A program made the position numbers and the translations under genes. A stretch of 63,087 bases of DNA, the filler included, from Actinomycetales bacterium (GTDB lineage Bacteria > Actinomycetota > Actinomycetes > Actinomycetales > CAVURS01), in the NCBI GenBank assembly GCA_045807245.1. It is 3 parts of 3 records of this genome, joined end to end, with 100 filler letters (N's around TTAATTAATTAA, not from the genome) between each part and the next. Parts side by side here need not be neighbours in the genome. Positions count along the whole stretch, not along the records: positions 1 to 26,106 come from JBJMHS010000050.1; 2 more parts are not named here. The stretch is one strand, 5' to 3'. The notes below the pieces were generated by a model. It was given only the letters and a program-made list of their open reading frames with translations, did not search any database and had not been told where the DNA came from. Below, one piece after another: positions 9,430-19,292 of the stretch. The first letter of the stretch is position 1, and every line of letters begins with the position of its first letter.

Positions 9430-10742
9430 GAGCCGAGCCCTCCCAGGAGCAGGGCCAGCAGCCCGGACTGGGACGGCGTCACGGAACCGCTGGGCAGCGA
9501 CGGCAGCGACGGCAGCGACGGCAGGCCTGACCCGGACTGCAGCGACTGCCGGAGCGACGTCAGCAGGGACGCGGCATCCGGTACGCCGGGGGTGCCGGTG
9601 CCGCCGTCGGCTCCCGTTCCGCACGGCACCAACGGGACGCACAGCCCGGGCAGGGTCGGGAGCGCCGGCTGGCTCGGCAGCGCCGGCAGCGCCGGCAGCG
9701 CCGGCAGGCCCGCGCCGGACCGGAGCCCGGCGGCGTTCTGCTTCAAGAGCTCGGGCAGGTTGAGGTCCAGCGTCGCGTGCAGGTTCGCGTAGTCGCCCTT
9801 GATGGCGCCACTGGCCGCGTCGTCCGGGAACGGGAACGACAGCAAGAGCCGCAACGAGTTCGGCAGGTCGTCGCCGGAGGCGGTCAGCTGGGTGAGCGTC
9901 GGCTTGAGCGCCTTGAGGTCGGCCACGGTGTTCGCCTGGCTGGCCGACACGACGCGCGTCCCCACCGCGCCGAGCCGGTCGAGCGCGGTCAGCATGGAGG
10001 TCAGCTGGGCTCGTTCGTCGGCCAGGACCTTGAGCCCGGCCGGCAGGTGGTCCAGCGCGACGCCCAGGTCCTGTCGCTGCGCCGCCAGTCGGCCGGACAG
10101 CCGGTCGACGGCGTCGAGCGCCTTCACGATCTGCGACTTCTGCTGGTCGAGCCCGCCGACGAACGTGTTCAGCTGGCCGACCAGGTCCCGGATCGCCGTC
10201 TCGTTGCCGTGGGTGGCCTTGTCGAGCTCGCTGGTGATGATCTTGAGCTGGCCGACCCCGCCGCCGTTGAGCAACAGCGACAGCGCGCCCAGCACCTCTT
10301 CGACCTCGGGGGTGCGGGAGCTGCGCGCGAGCGGGATCTGCGCGCCGTTGGTGAGCCGGCCCTGTGGCGCCACGTCGGCCGGCGCGGCCAGCTCGACGTA
10401 CTTCTCGCCGAGCAGGCTGGTCTGCTTCAGCTCGGCGGTCGCGTTGGCGGGCAGGACCACGGAGTCGCGCACTCGCATGGTCACCTGGGCGGTCCAACCG
10501 TCGACCGTGATCCGCTCGACCTTGCCGACGGTCACGTCGTTGACCTTCACCGCCGACTGGGGGACGAGGTCCATGACGTCGGCGAACTGGGCGGTGACCT
10601 GGTAGCCCTTGCCGTCCATCGCGGCGCCACCGGGCAACGGCAGGTCGTAGGCCCCCTGGCAGCCGGTGAGTGCCGCCAGGGGGAGCACGAGGGCCGCCGC
10701 CATCCACCGCGGACGGCGCAGCAGGCGCGCGAGGCCGCTCAC
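9426..10742 (-). CDS. MCE-family lipoprotein MceE
   Basis: Lipobox LTGC, DLPLPGG, DLVPQSAVKVNDVTVGKV, QTSLLGEKYVEL; LPALP/LPSLP-repeat tail. Confidence 0.9.
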   Translation of the reverse strand: MSGLARLLRRPRWMAAALVLPLAALTGCQGAYDLPLPGGAAMDGKGYQVTAQFADVMDLVPQSAVKVNDVTVGKVERITVDGWTAQVTMRVRDSVVLPANATAELKQTSLLGEKYVELAAPADVAPQGRLTNGAQIPLARSSRTPEVEEVLGALSLLLNGGGVGQLKIITSELDKATHGNETAIRDLVGQLNTFVGGLDQQKSQIVKALDAVDRLSGRLAAQRQDLGVALDHLPAGLKVLADERAQLTSMLTALDRLGAVGTRVVSASQANTVADLKALKPTLTQLTASGDDLPNSLRLLLSFPFPDDAASGAIKGDYANLHATLDLNLPELLKQNAAGLRSGAGLPALPALPALPSQPALPTLPGLCVPLVPCGTGADGGTGTPGVPDAASLLTSLRQSLQSGSGLPSLPSLPSLPSGSVTPSQSGLLALLLGGLGS

Positions 10743-11908
10743 GGGGTCACCCCCGACGCCGAGGGCAGCGGGGAACCGAGCAGGCCGAGCGGCAGGTCGC
10801 CGGTGCCGTTGTCGCCGAGTGCGGACAGCCGGTCGTTCAAGGCGTTGAACGCGTCGCACAGCTGGCTGCCGGTCGCGTTGCTGGTGCCGTGCCCGACCAG
10901 GCCGCAGAGCAGCTGGCTCACGCCCTCCGCGCCGGGCAGGTCGATCCGGTTGTCCAGCGTTCCGGACGCCGCGTCGTACGCGTGGCTGAGGTTCGACAGG
11001 GCCACCGGCGCGTTGCGCAGCGTCTCGGCGATCGCGTCCTTCTGCTTGGCCACCGCAGTCGTGACGTCCGCCAGCTGCGTCACGTCGGTCGTCAGGGCGG
11101 AGCGGTTGTCGTGGACGAAGCTCGACACGGCACCGAGCGCCACGGCGAGGTTCTGCAACGCGCCGCCGAGGTCGCCCCGCTCGCCGGCCAGCTGGTCGGA
11201 GACGCTGGCCAGGTCGGTGTTCAGCCGGCGTACCTCCGGGTCGTTGGCCGCCAGGGTGCTCGTGAACGCCTGCAGGTTCTTGACGGTCGAGAAGAGGTCG
11301 TCGCGGCCGCCGGCCAAGGTCGCGGTGGCCTGGGAGAGGTCGCCGACGGCGTCGTGGATCCGTTGTCCGTTGCCGTCCAGGTTCTTCGACGCCGTGTCCA
11401 GCAGCCCGGACAGTGCGCCGTTCCGGTTGGCGCCGTTCGGACCGAGCGCGTTGGACAGCCGGTCGAGGTTGCCGGTGACCTGGTCCAGCTCGACCGGTAC
11501 GGCGGTGCGGGCGAGGGGGATGTCGGCCCCGGAGTGCAGCGCCGGCCCACCGGTGTACGCCGGCAGCAGCTGCACGTAGCGGTCGCTGACCAGCGACGGC
11601 GCGATCACCGCGGCCTGCGCATCGGCGGGCACCCGGTACTTGCCGTCGTACTCCATCACCACGGTGACGCTGTCGCCGGCCGGCTCCACCGACACGACGT
11701 GCCCGACCGGTACGCCGAGGATGCGGACGTCGGAGCCGGGATAGAGCCCGACCGCACTCGACAGGTGGGCCGTCACGCGCACGGTCGAGGACCCCGGCCA
11801 GAAGACGATGGCGGCGGCCATGGCGAGGACCAGCACCACCCCGGCGGCGATGACCCCGGCCGGCGACAGCCGGCCCACCACGCTACGCACCCCGGTCGCA
11901 GCGCTCAT
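10739..11908 (-). CDS. MCE-family protein MceD
   Basis: GLYPGSDVRILGVPVG, PSLVSDRYVQL, RTAVPVELD. Confidence 0.9.
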   Translation of the reverse strand: MSAATGVRSVVGRLSPAGVIAAGVVLVLAMAAAIVFWPGSSTVRVTAHLSSAVGLYPGSDVRILGVPVGHVVSVEPAGDSVTVVMEYDGKYRVPADAQAAVIAPSLVSDRYVQLLPAYTGGPALHSGADIPLARTAVPVELDQVTGNLDRLSNALGPNGANRNGALSGLLDTASKNLDGNGQRIHDAVGDLSQATATLAGGRDDLFSTVKNLQAFTSTLAANDPEVRRLNTDLASVSDQLAGERGDLGGALQNLAVALGAVSSFVHDNRSALTTDVTQLADVTTAVAKQKDAIAETLRNAPVALSNLSHAYDAASGTLDNRIDLPGAEGVSQLLCGLVGHGTSNATGSQLCDAFNALNDRLSALGDNGTGDLPLGLLGSPLPSASGVTP

Positions 11909-12909
11909 CGCGCGCCTCCACCCGGGCACCCGGCCGCGGGCAGCCCGGGCGTGACCGCGGGGACGACCAGGTTCGGCACACAGGCGTCGAACCACGGACC
12001 GTTGCCGAGCGCGTTGGCGAAGACCCGGGTGAACGGCGCCAGCATCCGCACACCGTTGCTGAGCGAGGCCTCCTCGGTCTGCAGGGTCTTCAGCACCTGG
12101 TGCAGCTCGGCCAGCGCCGGCGCGAGCTGCGCGCGGTTGTCGTCGACCAGCCCGGTCAGCTGGACCGCGAGCCGGGACGTGTTGAGGAACAGGGTGTGGA
12201 TCGCCGCCCGGCGCTGGTCGAGCTCCTGCAGCAGCAGGTCACCGTTGTGGATCAGCGATGCCACCTGGGTGTTGCGGCTCGCGACGACGCCGGTGACCGC
12301 GTGGGCGCGGGCCAGCAGCTCGCGCAGCTGGTCGTCGCGGGACGCGACCGTGCGCGACAGGCGGGACAGGCCGTCGAGCGACGCCTTCACGTCGTCCGGG
12401 CTGTTCTTGAACTCGGTCGACAGTGTCGTCAGGGCCTGGGCCAACTGTCCCGTGTCGATCTGTTCGGTGGTCGTCGTGAGGTCGGAGAACGCGTCCACCA
12501 CGTCGTACGACGAGGTCGTCCGGCCCAGCGGGATCTCACCGGAGCTCTTCAGATGCCCCGGCCCGGACGGTGTGACCTCGAGGTACTTCTTGCCGAGCAG
12601 GGTCTGCAGCTTGACGGCGGCGAGGGTCCGGTCGCCGAGCCGCGGGCCGTCCTTCACCGTGAACGTCACCATGACGTGGGCGTTCTCCAGGTCGACGCCG
12701 GTGACCTTGCCGACGGTGACGCCGGCGATCCGGACCGGGTCGCCGGAGCGGATGCCGCCGGCCTCGGCGAAGGCTGCGTGGTACGTCGTGCCGCCGCCGA
12801 TCAACGGCAGCTTCTGGATGTTGAAGGCCAGGTAGACGAACAGCGCGATGACCACCAGGCCGATGGCACCGATCGGCCGGGGGTCGCGCTCGCGGATAGG
12901 AACGCTCAT
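11905..12909 (-). CDS. MCE-family protein MceC
   Basis: RERDPRPIGAIG, AGGIRSGDPVRIAGVTVGKV, TLLGKKYLEV, LGNGPWF. Confidence 0.9.
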   Translation of the reverse strand: MSVPIRERDPRPIGAIGLVVIALFVYLAFNIQKLPLIGGGTTYHAAFAEAGGIRSGDPVRIAGVTVGKVTGVDLENAHVMVTFTVKDGPRLGDRTLAAVKLQTLLGKKYLEVTPSGPGHLKSSGEIPLGRTTSSYDVVDAFSDLTTTTEQIDTGQLAQALTTLSTEFKNSPDDVKASLDGLSRLSRTVASRDDQLRELLARAHAVTGVVASRNTQVASLIHNGDLLLQELDQRRAAIHTLFLNTSRLAVQLTGLVDDNRAQLAPALAELHQVLKTLQTEEASLSNGVRMLAPFTRVFANALGNGPWFDACVPNLVVPAVTPGLPAAGCPGGGAR

Positions 12910-13952
12910 GAGCACCTGGCCGCATCGACGTGGCCGACGCCGTTGCCCACCGGCACGGTGACGTTCTTGGTCGAGGTCGGGACCACCACGACGCCGTCGA
13001 AGTCGCACAGGTAGAAGTTGAAGAACGACCCGTACGTCGCGGTGCGGGTGATCTTGCTGAGCTTGACCGGCAGGTTGTCCGCGAACTGCTCGAACACCTT
13101 GGTGTTCGCCGGCTTGTTCAGCAGGGCAGCCAGGTCGCGCAGCTGGCCGATGTCGGCCTTGAGCGGCGGACGCGCGGCGACCAGCAGGTCAGCGGTCTGG
13201 TCGGCGAGCGCGTTGATGTTGGCCAACGAGCTGCCGATGACCGAGCGGTCGGCAGCCAGACCCGAGACGAACCGGTCCATCTGGTCGACGAGCGAGCCGA
13301 GCTGGCCGTCGCGCTGCTCGACGGTCCCGAGCACGAGGTTGAGGTTGGTGATCGTCTGACCGATGACGGCGTCGCGGTCGGCCAGGGTCGACGTCAGTGA
13401 CGCGGTGTGGGCCAGCAGCTGGTTGATGCTGCCACCCTCGCCCTGCAGCACCTGGATGATCTCGCCGGAGAGCTGGTTCACGTCGTCGGGCGACAGCGCC
13501 GCGAACAGCGGCTTGAACCCGTTGAACAGCACGTCCAGGTCCAGAGCCGGCTGGGTCCGCGAGTCCGGGATGGTCGCGCCGGAGGCCAACAGGCCGGCGC
13601 CGCCGGTCCCTTGGGTCAGCGCCACGAACCGCTGCCCGATCAGGTTGCGGTAGCGGATGACCGCGTTCGTGCCCTGGGTCAGCGGCGCGCTGCGCAGCAC
13701 CGACAGACCGACCTTCGCCTCGGCCCGGCCGGGTCCGGCGACGACGGAGATGCCCGTCACCTCGCCGACCCGGACACCGGCGACGCGGACGTCGTCGCCC
13801 TTCTGCAGGCCGGCGGCGTCGGTGAAGACCGCCGTGTAGTGCGTCTTGTCGCCGAGCTGGACGTTGGCGATCGTCCCGGCCAGGACCCCGAAGGCCAGCA
13901 GCGTCACCGCCGCGAAGATCAGCAGCTTGACCAGGCTCGCGGTCGTTCTCAT
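12906..13952 (-). CDS. MCE-family protein MceB
   Basis: FTDAAGLQKGDDVRVAGVRVGEV, IRYRNLIGQRF, LFNGFKPLF, YGSFFNFYLC. Confidence 0.9.
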   Translation of the reverse strand: MRTTASLVKLLIFAAVTLLAFGVLAGTIANVQLGDKTHYTAVFTDAAGLQKGDDVRVAGVRVGEVTGISVVAGPGRAEAKVGLSVLRSAPLTQGTNAVIRYRNLIGQRFVALTQGTGGAGLLASGATIPDSRTQPALDLDVLFNGFKPLFAALSPDDVNQLSGEIIQVLQGEGGSINQLLAHTASLTSTLADRDAVIGQTITNLNLVLGTVEQRDGQLGSLVDQMDRFVSGLAADRSVIGSSLANINALADQTADLLVAARPPLKADIGQLRDLAALLNKPANTKVFEQFADNLPVKLSKITRTATYGSFFNFYLCDFDGVVVVPTSTKNVTVPVGNGVGHVDAARCS

Positions 13953-15238
13953 CGCTGGTTCACCACCGTGCCGCGCACCATCGGGCCCAGCAGCAGGTTC
14001 GACACCGGCGCCGGGTCCGGGCCGAGCTCCGGCTCGAACAGAGCGTTGGTCACGCGCTGCTCTTCCGGCGTACCCGCGTCGCCCATCGACAGCGCACCCG
14101 GGATCGCGTCCGCACTCGTGCCGTCGCCACCCGTGCCGTCGTCGAACTGCTTGGGCTGGTAGGGATGCGCCTGCGAGCCTCCGGGATGAGGGAGTCCGCG
14201 GCAGTCCGGCCCGGAGGTGTCGGCGAAGGCCGGCTCCTGGCCCGGCCGGTAGGCCGGGCGCGGTTGGACGACCTCCAGCGTGATGTGCAGCGCATCGTCG
14301 GCGAACGCCTGGGTGAGGCGCGGCTCGATGGCGGTGAGCCCTTGGGCCAGACAGGGCAGCTCGGGCGAGTACCGCGCCAGAGTCGCGAGCGTCGGCCGGC
14401 TCAGCTGCCCGACCCGGATGATCCGGTCGCCGTTCTGTTGCAGGAACGACGTGCCCACGTTGGCCAGGCCCGTCACGCCGCGCAGGAACGGGCCGAGCGA
14501 ATCTTGCCGCGCGACAAGTGTGTCGGCGGTCGTCGAGAGGTTCCGGACGGTCGTCAGCAGGTCGGGCGCCGCATCGGCGTAGGTCGAGGCGACCGACGTG
14601 AGCCGCCGGAGGTCGCTGGTGAGCGCGGGCAGGTGCGGGTTCAGCCCTCTGAGATAGGCGTCCAGCGCGACCAGACTCTGGCCCAGCTGCTCACCGCGAC
14701 CGTCCAGGGCGGTGGCCATGGCGTTGAGGGTGGCCGACAGCTTCTGCGGCTGCACGGCCTGCAGCAGCGGCAGCAGGTCGTCGAACACCTGCTCCAGCTC
14801 GATCGCGCTGGAGCTGCGGTCCTGCGGGATGACGTCGCCGGCCGCGATCGCCGGGCCGCGCGTCGCCGGAGGCACCAGCTCGACGTACCGCTCGCCGAAC
14901 AGCGTCTTCGGGAGCAACCGGGCCGACACGTTGGCCGGGATGTTCCGGGCCGCGCCCGGCTGCAGGGCGAGCTGGATGCGCGCGCCGTCGCCGTCGCTGC
15001 TGACCGAGCGCACCGAGCCGACGATCAGGCCGCGGATCTTCACATCGGACCGGCTCTGCAGCTGGTTGCCGATGTGGTCGGTCAGCAGGGTGACGCGTAC
15101 GACGGGGGTGAACCGCTGCTGGTACGTCGCCACCGCCAGGCCGACGAGCAGGGTGAGGAGGACGAGGAACGCCAGGCCGGCCGACGCGCGGCCGATGCGC
15201 GGCGCCAGCGACTCGGGCTTGCGGGCAGCGAGCAGCAT
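13949..15238 (-). CDS. MCE-family protein MceA
   Basis: DVKIRGLIVGSV, KTLFGERYVEL, KLSATLNAMATALDGRG. Confidence 0.9.
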   Translation of the reverse strand: MLLAARKPESLAPRIGRASAGLAFLVLLTLLVGLAVATYQQRFTPVVRVTLLTDHIGNQLQSRSDVKIRGLIVGSVRSVSSDGDGARIQLALQPGAARNIPANVSARLLPKTLFGERYVELVPPATRGPAIAAGDVIPQDRSSSAIELEQVFDDLLPLLQAVQPQKLSATLNAMATALDGRGEQLGQSLVALDAYLRGLNPHLPALTSDLRRLTSVASTYADAAPDLLTTVRNLSTTADTLVARQDSLGPFLRGVTGLANVGTSFLQQNGDRIIRVGQLSRPTLATLARYSPELPCLAQGLTAIEPRLTQAFADDALHITLEVVQPRPAYRPGQEPAFADTSGPDCRGLPHPGGSQAHPYQPKQFDDGTGGDGTSADAIPGALSMGDAGTPEEQRVTNALFEPELGPDPAPVSNLLLGPMVRGTVVNQR

Positions 15239-15242
15239 CGCG

Positions 15243-16058
15243 CTACCCCGCGATCCTGACCGTCGTCGTGGCCCCCCAGATCGCCAGCGACAGGAAGAAG
15301 TCGATGACGTTGATGGCGACGATCGAGGTGCGCACGGCCTTGCCGACGGCGATCCCGACCCCGGCCGGTCCGCCGCTGGCGTGGTAGCCGTAGTAGCAGT
15401 GGATCGCGATGATCACGACCGCGAACACGAGGACCTTGACGAACGACCACACGACGTCGCCCGGCGGCAAGAACAGGTGGAAGTAGTGGTCGTACGTTCC
15501 CTTGGACTGCCCGTAGTAGCCCGTCGTGATGAACCTTGTCGCGGCGTACGACGAGAGCAGCCCGATCACGTAGAGCGGGATCACCGCGACCAGCCCCGCG
15601 ATCATCCGCGCGGTGACCAGGAACGGCAGGCTCGGGATGCCCATGACCTCGAGCGCGTCGATCTCCTCGGAGATGCGCATGGCGCCGAGCTGGGCGGTGA
15701 AGCCGCAGCCGACAGTGGCCGCGAGCGCCAGACCCGCGACGAGCGGGGCGATCTCCCGGGTGTTGAAGTACGCCGAGATGAAGCCGGCGAACGCACCGGT
15801 GCCGAGCTGGTTCAGCGCCTGGTACCCCTGCAGCCCGACCTCGGTGCCGGTGAAGAAGGCGAGGAACGTGATGACGCCGACGGTGCCGCCGATGACCGAG
15901 AGGGCGCCGCTGCCCAGGCTGACCTCGGCCAGCAGGCGCAGCACCTCCTTGCGGTAGCGGTGGATCGTCCGGGCACTCCACCCGATGCTGCGGACGTAGA
16001 ACAGCAGCTGGCCGCCGAGGTCCTCGAGCGCCGCGAAGGGGCGGGCGATCGTCTTCAT
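15243..16058 (-). CDS. YrbE/MlaE-family permease (YrbEB)
   Basis: REIAPLVAGLALAATVGCGFTAQLGAMRISEEIDALEVMG, HCYYGYHASGGPAGVG. Confidence 0.93.
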   Translation of the reverse strand: MKTIARPFAALEDLGGQLLFYVRSIGWSARTIHRYRKEVLRLLAEVSLGSGALSVIGGTVGVITFLAFFTGTEVGLQGYQALNQLGTGAFAGFISAYFNTREIAPLVAGLALAATVGCGFTAQLGAMRISEEIDALEVMGIPSLPFLVTARMIAGLVAVIPLYVIGLLSSYAATRFITTGYYGQSKGTYDHYFHLFLPPGDVVWSFVKVLVFAVVIIAIHCYYGYHASGGPAGVGIAVGKAVRTSIVAINVIDFFLSLAIWGATTTVRIAG

Positions 16059-16834
16059 CCGAGCTTCGCCGGGACGAGCTGGAAGTAGACAGCGGTCAGC
16101 ACGAAGTTCGTGACGAACAGCAGCATGAACGTGATCACGACCGACTGGTTCACCGCGTCGCCGACACCCTTCGGCCCGCCGCCCGCAGTGAGGCCCTTGT
16201 ACGACGCGACGACGGCCGCGATGAGCCCGAAGACCAGCGCCTTGACCTCGCCGGCCCACAGGTCGGGCAGCTGCGCGACGGCCGTAAACGACGCGAGGTA
16301 GGCACCCGGCGTACCGCCCTGCAGGACGACGTTGAAGAAGTAGCCGCCGACCGTCCCCACCACGGACACCAGACCGTTGAGCAGGACCGAGACGAACATG
16401 GTGGCAAGCACCCGCGGGACGACGAGCCGCTGGATCGGGCTGATGCCCAGCACCTCGAGCGCGTCGATCTCCTCGCGGATCTTCCGCGAGCCGAGGTCGG
16501 CGCAGATCGCCGATCCGCCCGCGCCCGCGATGAGCAGCGCGGTCACGATCGGGCTGGCCTCGCGCAGGATGGCCAGCACGCTGGCGGCCCCGGTGAAGCT
16601 CTGCGCACCGATCTGCCGGGTCAACGTCCCGAGCTGCAGCGCGATGACTGCCCCGAACGGGATCGACACCAACGCCGTCGGCAGGATCGTGACGCTCGCG
16701 ATGAACCAGGACTGGTTGACGAACTCCTTGCCCTGGAACGGCCGGCGTGGCAGCGAGCGCACGACGTCGACAAAGAGGGCGAACAGGCTGCCGGTCGAAC
16801 GCAGGGCGGCCGATGCCGGGCTGGTGACGGTCAC
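16055..16834 (-). CDS. YrbE/MlaE-family permease (YrbEA)
   Basis: AGAGGSAICADLGSRKIREEIDALEVLG, GGPKGVGDAVNQSVV; GTG start at 16834 overlapping upstream stop. Confidence 0.93.
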   Translation of the reverse strand: MTVTSPASAALRSTGSLFALFVDVVRSLPRRPFQGKEFVNQSWFIASVTILPTALVSIPFGAVIALQLGTLTRQIGAQSFTGAASVLAILREASPIVTALLIAGAGGSAICADLGSRKIREEIDALEVLGISPIQRLVVPRVLATMFVSVLLNGLVSVVGTVGGYFFNVVLQGGTPGAYLASFTAVAQLPDLWAGEVKALVFGLIAAVVASYKGLTAGGGPKGVGDAVNQSVVITFMLLFVTNFVLTAVYFQLVPAKLG

Positions 16835-17820
16835 CGGGTCGCCCCGGCGTCGGCGAGCGCGGTCCCGGTCAGCACACCCGGCGCGGTGGAGACGTCGCCG
16901 AAGGAACCGGGCGGCGGTACGACGCCGTTGGTCCGGCACCAGTCGCCGGCCGGCCGCTGGGTGATCCGGACCGAGCCGTCGCTGGGCTCGAGCTGGCGCG
17001 GGATCGGCGGCAGCGGCGGCAACGCCTCGTCGCGCTCGGCCGCGAGCTCCTCGGCGTCCTTCTCCTCGGACATGCCGATCGGGCCGACCCGTTGGGCGTT
17101 GAGGAACTGGCGGACCACCGGCTCCTGGCTCGACAGCAGCATCTCGCGCGGGCCGAACATCGCCAGGTGCCGGTGGTAGAGCAGGCCGATGTTGTCCGGG
17201 ACGGTCCGGGCGGTGTTGATGTCGTGCGTGACGATGAGGAAGGTCGCCCGGATCTGGGCGTTCAGGTCGACGATGAGCTGGTTGAGGTACGCCGTGCGGA
17301 CCGGGTCCAGGCCCGAGTCCGGCTCGTCGAACAGGATGATCTCGGGGTCGAGGACGAGGGCGCGGGCCAGGCCGGCCCGCTTGCGCATGCCGCCGGAGAT
17401 CTCACCCGGGAGCTTGCCCTCGGCTCCCTGCAGGCCGACCAGCTCGATCTTGTCCCGGACGATCTCGCGGATCTGCGACTCGGACTTCTTGGTGTGCTCC
17501 CGCAGCGGGAACGCGATGTTGTCGTACAGGCTCATCGAGCCGAACAGCGCGCCGTCCTGGAACAGCACGCCGAACAGCTTGCGCACCTCGTACAGGTGCC
17601 GTTCACGCAGCCGGGGGACGTCCTGCCCGTCGATCCACACGCTGCCGCTGTCCGGGCGGAGCAAGCCGACCAGGGTCTTCAGGAACACCGACTTGCCCGT
17701 ACCCGAGGGCCCCAGCAGCACGGAGATCTCGCCCGCGGGCAGGGTGAGCGAGACGTCCTGCCAGATGACCTGCGAGCCGAAGCTCTTGGTCAGGCCCTCG
17801 ACCCGGATCTCGACGCCCAC
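16831..17820 (-). CDS. mkl: Mce ABC ATPase (MceG/Mkl/MlaF type)
   Basis: GPSGTGKS, LFQDGALFGSM, ISGGMRKRAGLARAL, DEPDSGLDP, GPIGMSEEKD. Confidence 0.92.
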   Translation of the reverse strand: MGVEIRVEGLTKSFGSQVIWQDVSLTLPAGEISVLLGPSGTGKSVFLKTLVGLLRPDSGSVWIDGQDVPRLRERHLYEVRKLFGVLFQDGALFGSMSLYDNIAFPLREHTKKSESQIREIVRDKIELVGLQGAEGKLPGEISGGMRKRAGLARALVLDPEIILFDEPDSGLDPVRTAYLNQLIVDLNAQIRATFLIVTHDINTARTVPDNIGLLYHRHLAMFGPREMLLSSQEPVVRQFLNAQRVGPIGMSEEKDAEELAAERDEALPPLPPIPRQLEPSDGSVRITQRPAGDWCRTNGVVPPPGSFGDVSTAPGVLTGTALADAGATR

Positions 17821-17868
17821 ACCCGAGGTAACGAGGGTGGGACGGGGAGGTTACGGCGAAAGGACAGG

Positions 17869-17906
17869 CGAAAGGCCCGGTGACCTGACGGTCGCCGGGC
17901 CTTTCG
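17869..17906 (-). terminator. Hairpin terminator after rplL
   Basis: CGAAAGGCCCGGTGACC-tgac-GGTCGCCGGGCCTTTCG. Confidence 0.8.
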
Positions 17907-17923
17907 GCACGTCGTACGAGGTG

Positions 17924-18313
17924 CTACTTGACGGTCACCGAGGCGCCGGCGCCCTCGAGGGCGGCCTTGGCCTTCTCGGCGGCCTCCTTGTTGACCTTCT
18001 CCAGGACCGGCTTGGGCGCCCCGTCGACCAGGTCCTTGGCCTCCTTCAGGCCCAGGTTGGTCAGCGCACGCACCTCCTTGATGACCTGGATCTTCTTCTC
18101 TCCGGCGCCCTCGAGCACGACGTCGAACTCGTCCTGCTCCTCCTCGGCCTCGGCGGCAGCGCCACCGCCGGCCGGAGCGGCCGCGGCGACCGCGACGGGC
18201 GCGGCAGCGGTCACGCCGAAGGTGTCCTCGAACTGCTTCACGAACTCGGAGAGCTCGAGCAGCGTCATCTCTTTGAACGCGTCGAGCAGCTCGGTGGTGT
18301 CCAGCTTCGCCAT
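17924..18313 (-). CDS. rplL: 50S ribosomal protein L7/L12
   Basis: [43 protein letters not shown]. Confidence 0.99.
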   Translation of the reverse strand: MAKLDTTELLDAFKEMTLLELSEFVKQFEDTFGVTAAAPVAVAAAAPAGGGAAAEAEEEQDEFDVVLEGAGEKKIQVIKEVRALTNLGLKEAKDLVDGAPKPVLEKVNKEAAEKAKAALEGAGASVTVK

Positions 18314-18391
18314 GGTGGCGTTCCTTCCCTTAGTGCCCCGGTCGGGGTCTTGTGTCGGTGGTCGGTCAGGCAGTGCGGTGGGTGTTCGGGT

Positions 18392-19015
18392 TCAGCTCTC
18401 GTCGGTACTGGCCTCGGCGGCCTCGGCCGGTGCCTGCGGCGCAGCCTCGGCCGGTGTCTCCGCCGCAGGCTCTGCGGCAGGGGCCGGGACCGTCTCCTCG
18501 GACGCCTCCCGCTGCTGGCGCAGCGCCTCCACCAACCGCGCCGTCTGCGACAGCGGGGCGGCGAACAGGGAGACCGCCTGGCTGAGCGAGGCCTTCATCG
18601 CGCCGGCCAGCTTGGCCAGCAGGACCTCGCGCGACTCCAGGTCGGCGAGCCGGGCGATCTCGGCAGCGGTGAGCGGGTTGCCGTCCAGGTAGCCGCTCTT
18701 GATGACGAGCTGAGGGTGGGCCCGCGCGAAGTCGCGCAGCCCCTTGGCCGTCTCCACCGCGTCACCGGTGATGAAGGCGATGGCGGACGGGCCGCTGAGC
18801 TGACCGTCGAACGCGGTCACCCCGGCGTCCTTGGCCGCGAGCTGGGTGAGCGTGTTCTTGACGATCGCGTACGTCGCGTTGCCGCCGATCGACCGGCGCA
18901 GCTCGGTGAGCTGGGCGACGGTGAGACCGCGGTACTCGGTCAGCACGGCGGCGCCGGCCTCGCGGAACCTCTCCGAGAGCTCGGCGACGCTGGCCTGCTT
19001 GTCAGACCTCGCCAT
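18392..19015 (-). CDS. rplJ: 50S ribosomal protein L10
   Basis: MARSDK..., [41 protein letters not shown] at 19015. Confidence 0.98.
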   Translation of the reverse strand: MARSDKQASVAELSERFREAGAAVLTEYRGLTVAQLTELRRSIGGNATYAIVKNTLTQLAAKDAGVTAFDGQLSGPSAIAFITGDAVETAKGLRDFARAHPQLVIKSGYLDGNPLTAAEIARLADLESREVLLAKLAGAMKASLSQAVSLFAAPLSQTARLVEALRQQREASEETVPAPAAEPAAETPAEAAPQAPAEAAEASTDES

Positions 19016-19094
19016 GGGTCTCCTTCCGGGTCGTGCGGACGTCTGTGCCGCTGGCGCCCGCAGGTGCACCCAACGGTGCGACGGCACCGACCCG

Positions 19095-19245
19095 GAGATG
19101 CGAAACGCCCCGGCGCAGGGCACGGGGCGCACAGGCGAGCATCAGCCCACCAGCAACGTCGTCCACCTGCGCGGGTCGCCCACCGGAGCGGGACCTTCGA
19201 CCTCTCCCGGCGAGCCGGGAGGGATGACCAGCGGTCTACGGTTCG
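19095..19245 (-). ncRNA. L10 leader (autogenous regulatory RNA), boundaries approximate
   Basis: AGACCGCTGGT...GAAGGT...CCCGCGCAGG structured leader upstream of rplJ. Confidence 0.65.
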
Positions 19246-19292
19246 GCCCAGGGTACGGGCGCGTGGTCCGGCCGGTCAAAACGGACGAGCGC

